From positions 1 to 55,925 of the IMG/VR virus record IMGVR_UViG_3300042465_000494: a stretch of DNA of 55,925 nucleotides. One strand, 5' to 3'. This document shows, piece by piece, positions 8,843 through 17,483 of this stretch. The notes beneath the pieces were generated by a model. It did not search any database and was not told the origin of the DNA. It was given only the letters and a program-made list of their open reading frames with translations. Both the position numbers and the translations under genes were made by a program. Every line of letters begins with the position of its first letter. The stretch's first letter is position 1. Source of the stretch: a virus (taxonomy: Duplodnaviria > Caudoviricetes).

Positions 8843-11800
8843 TACAGCATCCTCTCTTCAAGAATCAGGTCGTCAGCGGTGATCTCTCCACCAGCAGCTT
8901 TGCGGACATTGCCGCCTTTGGCGTAGGGCTCTGGGAACTTGATGGGAGGACGATAGGGATCGGCCTCTGGATACACCAGTTGATCAGAGCGGCCAAGCTC
9001 CTCTTTAAGCGCCTCAATAAATTCCTCTTGGCTTCTACGGGGCAGACCTTCACGCAAGTCACCACGAGGATTGATCTGCACAAGGGAGGACTCTTCACCT
9101 TGCGCCGACAAAGCGCGGTTACGGTGACGCCCTTCGTGCCCCCTGACTTCTGGATAGCTGGGTAGGCCCACCTCATCCTTGTACAGGTTCAGGTATGGCA
9201 CTTGATCAAAGCCGCCTTGCACACGCATCAGGTGCTGGATGTACTCGTCCGTTGGGACGGTGTACTTGTCGATCTCGCCCTGCTTTGCCAGCTCGGACAT
9301 CTTGGGGCCAATGTCAGCGGGAGTGCGGCCTTCAAGTTGTTTGGCGTATCGCTCAAAGTCGGCTGGGTTCATAGTCACCACTGCTTTGGCGTTGTCACCA
9401 AGGAAGGACTCGCGTAGGGCTTGCTCCTTGTACATTTTCTCGAGGTTCTTGACCTCATCAGCCGCACGCTCAATGCGCCTTACGCCGTACTCGCCCTTGC
9501 TTTGACGCATGGCTTCTTTGAGTTGGCTCAGTGTTCCGGGGATGATGACGTTGGGGGCTTGCACGATGCGGGGCTTGACAGGAGCCTTTGCTGCCGCCTT
9601 CATAGCGCCGCCAACTTGCATGCGGACAGCACCACCCTTGGCCTTGCTCAAGTCCGGGTCGTTGATGTCGTAAGTGCCTTGGTTGCCGATGGCGCTCTTC
9701 ACAGCGTTGGGTCTGTAGGACACCACCTCGGACAGCTCCCCGTCGCGGTACTGAAGCAAGCCGTCGTAACCAGCAGCCTGCGCTCGTTGCTGCACTTGTT
9801 TGCCGATGTAGCCCTTCTGCTCATAGGCACGCTCGACCATCTTGCTGGCGCTGTCTTCGTCCATGCCCAGCTTGGTCAGCGCCTCGACCATGGGGTCGCC
9901 CTTGCCTTCAATGATGAGCGGGTTGCGCATCTGAGTGTAGACAGGCAGGACATTGCCGCCTGTCGATGGAGCGCCCGAATCAGTTTGATGCACCCCGCTT
10001 GGACTGTAGCCAGCGTAGGAGCCTGCGAAGTCAGCCTTGGGCGTCATGTAGAAACCCGAGCCAAGTGCGCCTTCCTTGCTGGGCTTGATGCGGCGGATAG
10101 CCTCCGTGCCCTTGCCTCCCTCGGTGGCGGTTGTGCCATGGTACAGGCGCTGCGGAACTTTGCTTTGCTCAAGGAACTTGGCAAGGTTGGCGTCACGCTC
10201 GACAGCAGGCAGTGCGCCCTTTGCGGCCTTGGACGCCATCTTCATGGCTCCACCGACCTGCATCCGAACTCCGCCACCACCAGCCAGCTCGAGCTGCATG
10301 GTGTCAGGGTTGTTGGAGAAGTGGACACGGCCACCACGGGCCATGCCTTCGTCGGGCGGCAGGTCAATGCCCAGCTCCCTCTTGGCTTGGTTGAGTCTTT
10401 CAATCGCTGTGGAGATTGGCTCGTAAATAGTGCCACCCCTGTCCGTGAAGTCCTCGGGACTGCTCAACAAAGCCCGAAGCTCTCGGTAGGTGTAGGGCAC
10501 GTTTTGTGAGACAGACCTTCCGGCAGCACTGTCAATCTCCTTGTACTCAGGGGAATACACGTCACCTCTGAATTGATTGAAGGCCCGGTCGGCGGCGCGG
10601 TGCTGTTCAAAAGCTGGATGCGTCTCCAAAAAGTTCAGCGCCTCTTGAGTCATTGGCTTGTACTTGGCTGCGGCTTCTGCTTCTGTCATGTAATCGTTGC
10701 CGAGCTTGAAGAGTCCCGTGTTCTCCAGATCGCGCACGTCAGACCACTTCCCACTCTTCACAAAATCCTGTGTAAACGGGTCGTACTTTTCAATTGGGCG
10801 TTCATTACTTTTGCCTTTGATTTGACGAACTTTGGGAGGCCCTTCCTCAAACACCTTCGCGTACTTTGCATATGTCTCAGGCTCATTGGCCTTCAGCCAT
10901 TCAGGGTAACGCTCAATGTAATTGCTTGGCCGATTAAGGCCTTTCGCCTTCTCCTCAAGGCTGGCTTCTTGTGAAAATCTTTGCCATGACGACTCCAGCT
11001 CGGGGTTGTCGTAAAAGATGCCGCTACGTTCGTTCCAAGGCTTTCCAGCCTCAACCTCTACCGTCACATGCGGCTCACCTTTGGCGTCAACCAATGAGTA
11101 CACCTTGGCCTTGCCACTCTTGATGGCTTCCCAGCCACCAACGCCGTAATTGGAATAGCCGCTATCGCCAGATCCTTCCACCCAATCAGGATGTCCTTTT
11201 GGTGGCTCGTAGCCACGAACAGAATGGCCCATGGCTTGAGACTCGGCAGCAAACGCACCCGGCGTGTTCAACTCAACCCACTTGTAGCCTTCTGGGTAAT
11301 CCTTGTAAACAGGCAGGCCTGCACGAGCCGAGGCTCGTTCTGCGCTCATCTTGACGGCAAGATCTCGGTCGTACTCAGCGGTGCGGCGTACTGCTTGATC
11401 CATGCTGACTTTGCTCAGTTGTTCGGGGCGGATGCGACCGGAGTTAACGTCTTCGCGCAGGACGTCCACAATGTGATCGAAGCCAAGGTCTTGGGCAAAA
11501 TAGTTACCACCTTCGGGGTAATAAACTGGCGTGTCTGGATCAAGTTTGGTCAGCCATGGGTTGTTGTCTACGGTTGACGTATATCCTTGACGGATTTCTG
11601 ACGGCGTCAATGGGCTCGTGTGCCTTCCAGCCGTACTAACATTGATCTTCTCGTCGGCTATCCTCTCCCAGCCTCTTGCTGCGTTTGATACGCCAACATC
11701 GCCCGGATCGAAACCTGCCTCCATGCGCTTGACAGCAAGCTTTTCAGGCAAGAACGTGCTGGCAAAATCAAACTCACTGGAAGGCATTTGACTGATGTAC

Positions 11801-12984
11801 TTCTGCGACAGATCTCTTTCGGCCTCAGCCTCATCTTTAGCAATTTGTGCCTGTCGCTCGAAGTTGGCTTTGCGACGGGGATCTTCCTCTGCTGCGGCAC
11901 GCTGCTGGATTCTCTCAACCCGCTCTATGTCTTTTGCAAACTTCTGGTCGATCTCAGCCGAGCGCCGATCCAAATACAAGCGAACTGGATCTTGTGGCGT
12001 TGCCATTTCGTTCTTGATGTAGCCGCCGAGGTTGCGGTCAACCCAATTGTTCAGGGCAACCTTTTTCTCAAGGTCTTGGAAACCAGCAATGACCGTCGCC
12101 CTCAACTCAGGCGGCAATTCCGCGATGGCCTCCGGTGTGTATCTGGCCTTCATTTCAGCCAAGGACTCGCTTGGATCTTTTCGACCTCCAGTCATCCGAT
12201 CTGGTCGCTTGAGGTCTTTCAGAGCCCCCTCAACACTACCCGTTATGAAGTTGCCGCCCTTTGGCTTGACAACGTTGGACTGCGAATTCGCACCCATAGC
12301 CATGACCATCTCGCGGGGTAGGCCACCGCTCTCCAAGGCTCGTTTGACCACGGGTTCCATCGCACGCTCGAGCTTCATGCCGCCCTGCACGGCTCCCCGC
12401 TTTGCAGCTCTGCCTGCTTGACGTGAGGCTGGGCCAACCACGTTTTGCAGCGCAGTCAGCTCAGGGATGATGGGCGGGATCTTGTAGTCGCTCTCGAGGC
12501 TGGTCAGGAAGTCGGCCACGTTCCCAGCGTACTCATAGGCCTTGGGCACGTTGGGCTGGTAGATGTTCTCAGCGATGTAGTCCTCAGCCGCCTTGCCGCC
12601 CTTGGTGATGGCGGTGGGAATGGACTTGACGGACTGGGTCAGGGCCGAGCCGATCAGCCGCCCAGCTTGAATGCCACCAGCCAGCTTCTCGAGCGGGGAC
12701 ATGTCTTGGTCAGCTTGACGCTTGAGGTCAACCTCACGCTCGGTCATGCGCTGGCTCAACTCACGGTTGGCCTTGGTGGGGACGGACAGGTCAAGCTCTC
12801 CGAACGGGTACTCCATGGCCCGAGGGTCAGCGCCGAGATTGGGGTCAAAAACCGATTCGTTGAAGTTGATCGGCTTACGCTGACCACGCTTGCCTGCTTT
12901 GGGGTAGATGCCGAAGGCAGCGCCACCGAGTTCTTTCTTGACTTGGTCAAGCGTCAAGGGCTTTTGAGCACGAGGGTTGGGCAT
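8842..12984 (-). CDS. Large polyvalent protein, 1380 aa: PcfJ-like, ADP-ribosyltransferase-like and ParB-like modules
   Basis: ESQAMGHSV..Y/VYSL.D..GEPHVTVEV/QIKGK.N (PcfJ-like); LYHGT/G.GFYMT/PVY/GYDG/E.V/VKSAIGN.GTYD (ART-like); M.P.DF/GHEGRHR (ParB-like). Confidence 0.72.
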   Translation of the reverse strand: MPNPRAQKPLTLDQVKKELGGAAFGIYPKAGKRGQRKPINFNESVFDPNLGADPRAMEYPFGELDLSVPTKANRELSQRMTEREVDLKRQADQDMSPLEKLAGGIQAGRLIGSALTQSVKSIPTAITKGGKAAEDYIAENIYQPNVPKAYEYAGNVADFLTSLESDYKIPPIIPELTALQNVVGPASRQAGRAAKRGAVQGGMKLERAMEPVVKRALESGGLPREMVMAMGANSQSNVVKPKGGNFITGSVEGALKDLKRPDRMTGGRKDPSESLAEMKARYTPEAIAELPPELRATVIAGFQDLEKKVALNNWVDRNLGGYIKNEMATPQDPVRLYLDRRSAEIDQKFAKDIERVERIQQRAAAEEDPRRKANFERQAQIAKDEAEAERDLSQKYISQMPSSEFDFASTFLPEKLAVKRMEAGFDPGDVGVSNAARGWERIADEKINVSTAGRHTSPLTPSEIRQGYTSTVDNNPWLTKLDPDTPVYYPEGGNYFAQDLGFDHIVDVLREDVNSGRIRPEQLSKVSMDQAVRRTAEYDRDLAVKMSAERASARAGLPVYKDYPEGYKWVELNTPGAFAAESQAMGHSVRGYEPPKGHPDWVEGSGDSGYSNYGVGGWEAIKSGKAKVYSLVDAKGEPHVTVEVEAGKPWNERSGIFYDNPELESSWQRFSQEASLEEKAKGLNRPSNYIERYPEWLKANEPETYAKYAKVFEEGPPKVRQIKGKSNERPIEKYDPFTQDFVKSGKWSDVRDLENTGLFKLGNDYMTEAEAAAKYKPMTQEALNFLETHPAFEQHRAADRAFNQFRGDVYSPEYKEIDSAAGRSVSQNVPYTYRELRALLSSPEDFTDRGGTIYEPISTAIERLNQAKRELGIDLPPDEGMARGGRVHFSNNPDTMQLELAGGGGVRMQVGGAMKMASKAAKGALPAVERDANLAKFLEQSKVPQRLYHGTTATEGGKGTEAIRRIKPSKEGALGSGFYMTPKADFAGSYAGYSPSGVHQTDSGAPSTGGNVLPVYTQMRNPLIIEGKGDPMVEALTKLGMDEDSASKMVERAYEQKGYIGKQVQQRAQAAGYDGLLQYRDGELSEVVSYRPNAVKSAIGNQGTYDINDPDLSKAKGGAVRMQVGGAMKAAAKAPVKPRIVQAPNVIIPGTLSQLKEAMRQSKGEYGVRRIERAADEVKNLEKMYKEQALRESFLGDNAKAVVTMNPADFERYAKQLEGRTPADIGPKMSELAKQGEIDKYTVPTDEYIQHLMRVQGGFDQVPYLNLYKDEVGLPSYPEVRGHEGRHRNRALSAQGEESSLVQINPRGDLREGLPRRSQEEFIEALKEELGRSDQLVYPEADPYRPPIKFPEPYAKGGNVRKAAGGEITADDLILEERML

Positions 12985-13040
12985 TGCGACCTCGGAAGTA
13001 GGGTTACCGAATCATACCTTCCAGCGCCCTGTAAGTATAG

Positions 13041-13402
13041 AGGCTACTCGCTGCATCTGCGGCTGACATAGAGGTCAGCGCCTCATTTCCTTTTCGCAGC
13101 ATCCGCTTTCGCCAACACGGCTGGAGACTGCCAAGACACCGTCTCAACACAGTGCCGCTTCAGGCTTGTCGCAATCCCCATGCGTGTTAGTTGTTGATGG
13201 CCAGTGCTGATCTCCGGCTTTCCTGCCTTATTGGCCTGTACCCCAGCGGATAGCAGGTTGGTCAGTCCAAGCGCATCAGCCTGCGCATTCACCAACACGG
13301 CTGGGGACTGCCGGGGGGAGTCGAACCCCCGATGATCCGTAACCCATTACTGGGTTGGCTGCTGCTACCACTGGCTCCATCAGCAGACCCCATGCGTCTT
13401 AG
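13041..13402 (-). ncRNA. Candidate cluster of structured non-coding RNA elements, one tRNA-like
   Basis: No convincing ORF; two copies of a CTAA(C/G)ACGCATGGGG...GCAGTC(C/T)CCAGCCGTGTTGG closing stem, a kissing-loop element and a GGGGG-TTCGACT-CCCCC T-arm. Confidence 0.6.
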
Positions 13403-13419
13403 TGCTTTAACAAAGTCTA

Positions 13420-14835
13420 TCACACAGCATACGGGTTTTCAACTTTCTTGCTGTACTCAAGGTAATCGTCGTCGTCGTACTCATCTCGGGGCGGTGGGTC
13501 GATGTTCAGCCAGCCAGCATCCCGCAGGAAGCGCAGGGCTTGGGTGCAGGCATCCACGAAGTCGTCATGGGTTGACTCGGGGAACGAGCAGATCTGGCTC
13601 ACGAAGCCCTCGGCCCAGTCACGGACGTAGCCCTTGTTCACGGTGGACTCGGGTATCCAGACACGGCCAGCCATGATGATGTTCGCCACAATGGACAGGC
13701 GCTGCACCTTGTCGGCACGCCCGGGGTTGTACGCCCGGACGGGGAGGTGGGCACGCTGCAAGTCTTGGATCAGGGCGATGCCAGCGGACTTGTCCTCCAC
13801 CAAGATCAGGTCAACCCGCTTCTTGTCTTTGCCCTCACCGAAGACGGCGTCGTACTCCTCGATCACCTTGGGGCGCAGGTCAGGGTACTGAAGCCTGTCC
13901 TGCCAGCAGTCAATGATGATGACGCTCATAGGCCCATCCATGGGCTTGAACACGCCGAACGTGATGCAGGCGGTCGGGTCGTTGGCCGTCTTGTCCGTCG
14001 AGGCGCAGTCGTAGCTCTGGAGGATGTACTCGAACTTAGGCAGCTCCTTCTTCGGGGGCCAGAGCTTGAACCAGTCCCGCTTGACCATGCCACCCTCTTC
14101 GGGGTCGATGATCTCGGCATAGATCTCCTGCCTGCCCAGCTTCGTGCCCTCATACTGAAGGATCTGCTTTTGAAAGCTTGGTGCAAGGTTGTCGATGTTT
14201 GAGTAGGTGGAGGCGGTCGTCAGGTGGACATCGTCACCCTCCCGGCCCACCAGCTCGACGATCAAGTCCTTGGGCTTGGGGGTGGTGGTGCAGAGGATGC
14301 GGGTCTTCTTGCCAAGACGCACGCCGAACATGATCTGATCCCAAGCGTCTTGCAGGTACTCCCATGCAGCCAGCTCATCGCACCATGCGCCATGGAACTG
14401 TGGGCCACGGAAGCGTTCTGGCTCGGATGCGGGTATACCCTTAATGAGTGAGCCGTTGATCAGGCGCAGCTCGTGGGCGGTCTTGTTGTAGTCGGCCACC
14501 AGAATGGGCGGGATGACGGCCAAGAGCCCGGAGTCACCCTCAAAGCAGGTAGCCCGGACGTCGGCGGATGTGGGGGCGGCTACGAGCCATCGAGTCCCCG
14601 GCTGCTCCCATGCCCACCAGCCTATCTGTTCGGCGGCTGTACGGGTCTTGCCTGCCCCCCGACCAGCCAGCAAGAGCCAGATCGTCCACCACTCACCTGC
14701 CGGGAGGATTTGGTGCTTGTGGGCGGTGGTGAGCCACTTTGCCCTCCAGTCGAAGGATGCACGGGCTTCAGGAGGTAGCAGGGCATAGTTTCTCCTGACC
14801 TCCTCATCTTGTAAGACTTCTGCAAGCTCAGACAT
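13420..14835 (-). CDS. terL: Terminase large subunit
   Basis: Walker A AGRGAGKT, Walker B AWCDELA, nuclease SYD...HDDFVDA. Confidence 0.96.
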   Translation of the reverse strand: MSELAEVLQDEEVRRNYALLPPEARASFDWRAKWLTTAHKHQILPAGEWWTIWLLLAGRGAGKTRTAAEQIGWWAWEQPGTRWLVAAPTSADVRATCFEGDSGLLAVIPPILVADYNKTAHELRLINGSLIKGIPASEPERFRGPQFHGAWCDELAAWEYLQDAWDQIMFGVRLGKKTRILCTTTPKPKDLIVELVGREGDDVHLTTASTYSNIDNLAPSFQKQILQYEGTKLGRQEIYAEIIDPEEGGMVKRDWFKLWPPKKELPKFEYILQSYDCASTDKTANDPTACITFGVFKPMDGPMSVIIIDCWQDRLQYPDLRPKVIEEYDAVFGEGKDKKRVDLILVEDKSAGIALIQDLQRAHLPVRAYNPGRADKVQRLSIVANIIMAGRVWIPESTVNKGYVRDWAEGFVSQICSFPESTHDDFVDACTQALRFLRDAGWLNIDPPPRDEYDDDDYLEYSKKVENPYAV

Positions 14836-15391
14836 TGGACTCGGTCTGGCGTTTGAGTTCGACCGCCTTCAGGATGGTCTCAAATATCCCCAAGTCCACC
14901 TTGGCCTCCAGCGGGTTCTCGGGGTCGCCAGCCACCTGCATGCGGTCACCGTACTTCTTGGGCTTGAGCTTCATGGCCGTCCACTTCCGGGCTTCGATCC
15001 GCTGCTTCTGGTACGCCACATAGCCCGAGTCGATCTTGATGTCGATGACGTTGCCCTCCTTGTCCCGGATCTCGTTGGTCTCGGGGCTCTCGTCAGCGAT
15101 GGAGATGATCTCGTCAGCCAGAGTGTCGGCCTGTTCTTCCCGAGCGCGGGTGTACTGCTCCGCAAAGTCGGTGTTGCGTAATAACCACTCATACACCGTT
15201 GACTGCGCAGGCATACCCTCTGTCTTGAGGATCTCTCTGAGGCTCTCCCCCTCTGCCAGCCTTATGCAGATGACGGAAGCGACGTGAGAGTTGTATGTGG
15301 TGGGAGCGCCCATAGGACGCTTTGGTTTCGCGGTGGGTTTAGCGGTTTGCGGCTCAGTTATTTCAACCGGATGTTTCTTTGCTCTCGCCAT
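14828..15391 (-). CDS. terS: Terminase small subunit (Sf6/P22-like)
   Basis: ICIRLAEGESLREI..GMP..STVYEWL HTH, AREEQADTLADEI, ARKW..KL.PKKYGD; overlaps terL start. Confidence 0.9.
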   Translation of the reverse strand: MARAKKHPVEITEPQTAKPTAKPKRPMGAPTTYNSHVASVICIRLAEGESLREILKTEGMPAQSTVYEWLLRNTDFAEQYTRAREEQADTLADEIISIADESPETNEIRDKEGNVIDIKIDSGYVAYQKQRIEARKWTAMKLKPKKYGDRMQVAGDPENPLEAKVDLGIFETILKAVELKRQTESNV

Positions 15392-15426
15392 GTGGATTAC
15401 TCCTTTAACAGCGAGTGTAAGGCAAA

Positions 15427-15906
15427 TTAGTCGGGTCTGCTATGCAAAATGAGCACACGGGTTATTCCGCTTATGGAGCTGGTCTTGCCTGACTGGTGGT
15501 TGAAGACGTGTCGCCAGCCTGTTGAGGATGTCCGGTAGATCTCCCCGTTGCGCAGAACCTTGAAGTAGGTGTTTGGCGGGACGGAAGACAGGTACACGCC
15601 CTTAGAGTTGGTTGAGACCCTGTGCTTGCGGGGCTTGCTCTCTTTGGTCTTGATGTAGGCCTTGAGGACGGAGACCTGTTCTTGCAGGGTTGCGATTGCC
15701 ATCGCGGCCATTTCAGGGTCTTGAGCGCACCATTCTTTTGACCATGCGGCCACGGAAGCTTTGGGCCAGTTGTCGGGCGACGGTGTGTTGTCGGCCTGCT
15801 TGGGCTCCTCCACAGGCTTTGCGCCAACAAGTCGAGCCAGTGTTGACTTGAACCGTGCGAACGCCGTCGGGGCGCTCTCGTGAGATGCGGCTTGCAAGTT
15901 GCTCAT
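15427..15906 (-). CDS. Hypothetical protein, 159 aa
   Basis: ORF in the minus-strand gene run. Confidence 0.55.
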   Translation of the reverse strand: MSNLQAASHESAPTAFARFKSTLARLVGAKPVEEPKQADNTPSPDNWPKASVAAWSKEWCAQDPEMAAMAIATLQEQVSVLKAYIKTKESKPRKHRVSTNSKGVYLSSVPPNTYFKVLRNGEIYRTSSTGWRHVFNHQSGKTSSISGITRVLILHSRPD

Positions 15907-16031
15907 TTACCTTCTCCAGTGTGTGATTTTACATTAGTTTTGGTGCGGAATGCACGAACTTTACGTTCGATTGCACTCCAAATATTGCGTATCAAGTCTA
16001 TGAAAAAGACTTGGATGATGGCCTCAATCAT
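15903..16031 (-). CDS. Small hypothetical protein, 42 aa (MIEAIIQVFF...)
   Basis: ATGA overlaps on both sides. Confidence 0.4.
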   Translation of the reverse strand: MIEAIIQVFFIDLIRNIWSAIERKVRAFRTKTNVKSHTGEGK

Positions 16032-16074
16032 TCGACCACCAACACGCAAATGGTTAAGAGGATCAGTGTCAGCA

Positions 16075-16278
16075 TCAGTCCTCATCCTCGTCTGGGTAGT
16101 TGTCCTTGTCGGCACGGTCTTCGTCGGTCTCGATGGCTGTGTGCTTGGCTTCCCAGTCACGTTGGATCTGACGGCGGCGCTCCTCCTCTGCCAGTTGCTC
16201 AGGGGTGAGGGCCTTGAACTGGGCCATCATCTGAGTCTCCAGTTCTGCAAACAATTTGTCCATGGTTTGATGTGTCAT
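16075..16278 (-). CDS. Acidic hypothetical protein, 67 aa
   Basis: GAGGAG RBS, in operon. Confidence 0.6.
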   Translation of the reverse strand: MTHQTMDKLFAELETQMMAQFKALTPEQLAEEERRRQIQRDWEAKHTAIETDEDRADKDNYPDEDED

Positions 16279-16287
16279 CTCAGCTCC

Positions 16288-16596
16288 TCAGAAGTTGTAG
16301 TCGTAGAACCGGACTGGCTGCTCACTCAGTCCGAACTTGCGGCCATGCTTGTCTTTCCAGCCCTGCTTGCCAAGACGGATGCGAACCACTGGGTTCTCGG
16401 CGTTGCTCTTGATGAACCACTTCTGCTCGTGCTGGTTGGAGCAGTGACCTGCAAAACCACCGACGTGCCAGTTGGGAACCCAGCTTGGGTCTTTCTCTGA
16501 GTCCATTTCGCGGATTTCGATGGTCTGATTGCTGACGCGCTTGACCACCTCGTAGGGTGTGACGTCAGAGTAGCCGTAGTGGTTTGCGTAGTTCAT
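16288..16596 (-). CDS. Hypothetical protein, 102 aa (MNYANHYGYSDVTPYEVV...YDYNF)
   Basis: AAGGA RBS downstream of a promoter/leader repeat. Confidence 0.7.
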   Translation of the reverse strand: MNYANHYGYSDVTPYEVVKRVSNQTIEIREMDSEKDPSWVPNWHVGGFAGHCSNQHEQKWFIKSNAENPVVRIRLGKQGWKDKHGRKFGLSEQPVRFYDYNF

Positions 16597-16604
16597 GATG
16601 TTTC

Positions 16605-16652
16605 CTTGGTATCGTTCCTGCGGATTGCAGTAGGTGCAGTATAACACAGTTA
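16605..16652 (-). promoter_or_regulatory. Early promoter (TGt-TATACT) overlapped by TAAC-N3-GTTA, with conserved leader
   Basis: Minus strand reads taactgtgttatact; leader shared with 17401-17450. Confidence 0.65.
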
Positions 16653-16694
16653 AAAGAATGAATAGAAGTAGGGACTTACCCTACCCCCTTTTGT

Positions 16695-16898
16695 TTAAGC
16701 TTCCACCTCTTTAGCCAAGATGGCTTTCAATGTCTTCAGCAGTTGTTCTGCTTCAGAGCGGGTCAGTGGGGTGTAAATGCTGGAGCGGTGCTCGGCCAAC
16801 TTCAACCACACTCCACCATCGTCCCACTCAGAGACGTGCATATAACTGCCGCTCTCAAAACGAATGGTTTTCTCAATTTGAATTTGCTCTTGCATCAT
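16695..16898 (-). CDS. Hypothetical protein, 67 aa
   Basis: AAGGAG RBS. Confidence 0.6.
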   Translation of the reverse strand: MMQEQIQIEKTIRFESGSYMHVSEWDDGGVWLKLAEHRSSIYTPLTRSEAEQLLKTLKAILAKEVEA

Positions 16899-16934
16899 GA
16901 TGACTCCTTGATGGGGGCCCAAGCCCCCGGGTGA

Positions 16935-17090
16935 TTAAATGGGCATTCCTAATTCAGCGCCGTTGATTGGCTTGTTGAGCCTGTCGTGCGCTTGAAGGTC
17001 TTCAGGCCACTGAAGGGCACGCTCGAGCCATTGCAGTGCTTCTTTGGGGAGGTGGATGACCTCCACCTGTGTTGTGCTTTGCTCATCCAT
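16935..17090 (-). CDS. Hypothetical protein, 51 aa (MDEQSTTQVEVIHLPKEAL...)
   Basis: Hand-translated; GGGAG RBS. Confidence 0.5.
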   Translation of the reverse strand: MDEQSTTQVEVIHLPKEALQWLERALQWPEDLQAHDRLNKPINGAELGMPI

Positions 17091-17102
17091 GTTGGCTCCC
17101 AA

Positions 17103-17390
17103 TTAACGGCTGGTGGTCTTGACGGAGAAGGATGCGGAGACCTTGGTGTACTTGCTGTACTCGTCTTCGCCAAACTGCTTGACAAACTTTTCCTTGTCGA
17201 AGAGAACGCGATTGCTCTCAGAGTAGGTTGCCTTGAACAGGTTGCCCTCGATGACCTTTGGGCCCCCCTTGCTTGCAGCATCCTTGATTTCGTTCTTGAT
17301 CTTTTCTGCCTTGGTGGTCAGGTCAGCGATCTGTGCCAGCAACAAACCCAGCTCGTCAATTTGGGTCAGGGCGATGTCGTTTGCGTTCAT
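17103..17390 (-). CDS. Hypothetical coiled-coil protein, 95 aa
   Basis: AAGGAG RBS after promoter/leader repeat. Confidence 0.7.
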   Translation of the reverse strand: MNANDIALTQIDELGLLLAQIADLTTKAEKIKNEIKDAASKGGPKVIEGNLFKATYSESNRVLFDKEKFVKQFGEDEYSKYTKVSASFSVKTTSR

Positions 17391-17400
17391 GTTAAAGCTC

Positions 17401-17450
17401 CTTGGTATCGTTCCTGCGATATTGCAGTGAGGAGAATTTTAACTGAGTTA
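17401..17450 (-). promoter_or_regulatory. Early promoter (TAAAAT) overlapped by TAAC-N3-GTTA, with conserved leader
   Basis: Minus strand reads taactcagttaaaat; AT-rich upstream; leader cgcaggaacgataccaagga shared with the 16605 copy. Confidence 0.6.
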
Positions 17451-17483
17451 AAGAACAAAAACCATCTTTCTCAAAAAATATTT

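Noticed and set aside
6959-10509. Long plus-strand ORFs (350 aa and 362 aa)
   Set aside because: Antisense shadows of GC-rich minus-strand genes with recognisable domains
13083-13298. 71-aa ORF in the terL downstream gap
   Set aside because: No RBS or recognisable motif; the region is better explained by RNA structure
13041-13402. CRISPR mini-array or hammerhead ribozyme
   Set aside because: Only two split repeats forming stems, no regular repeat-spacer period and no cas genes; CTGATG is followed by C, so the CUGAnGA core is absent
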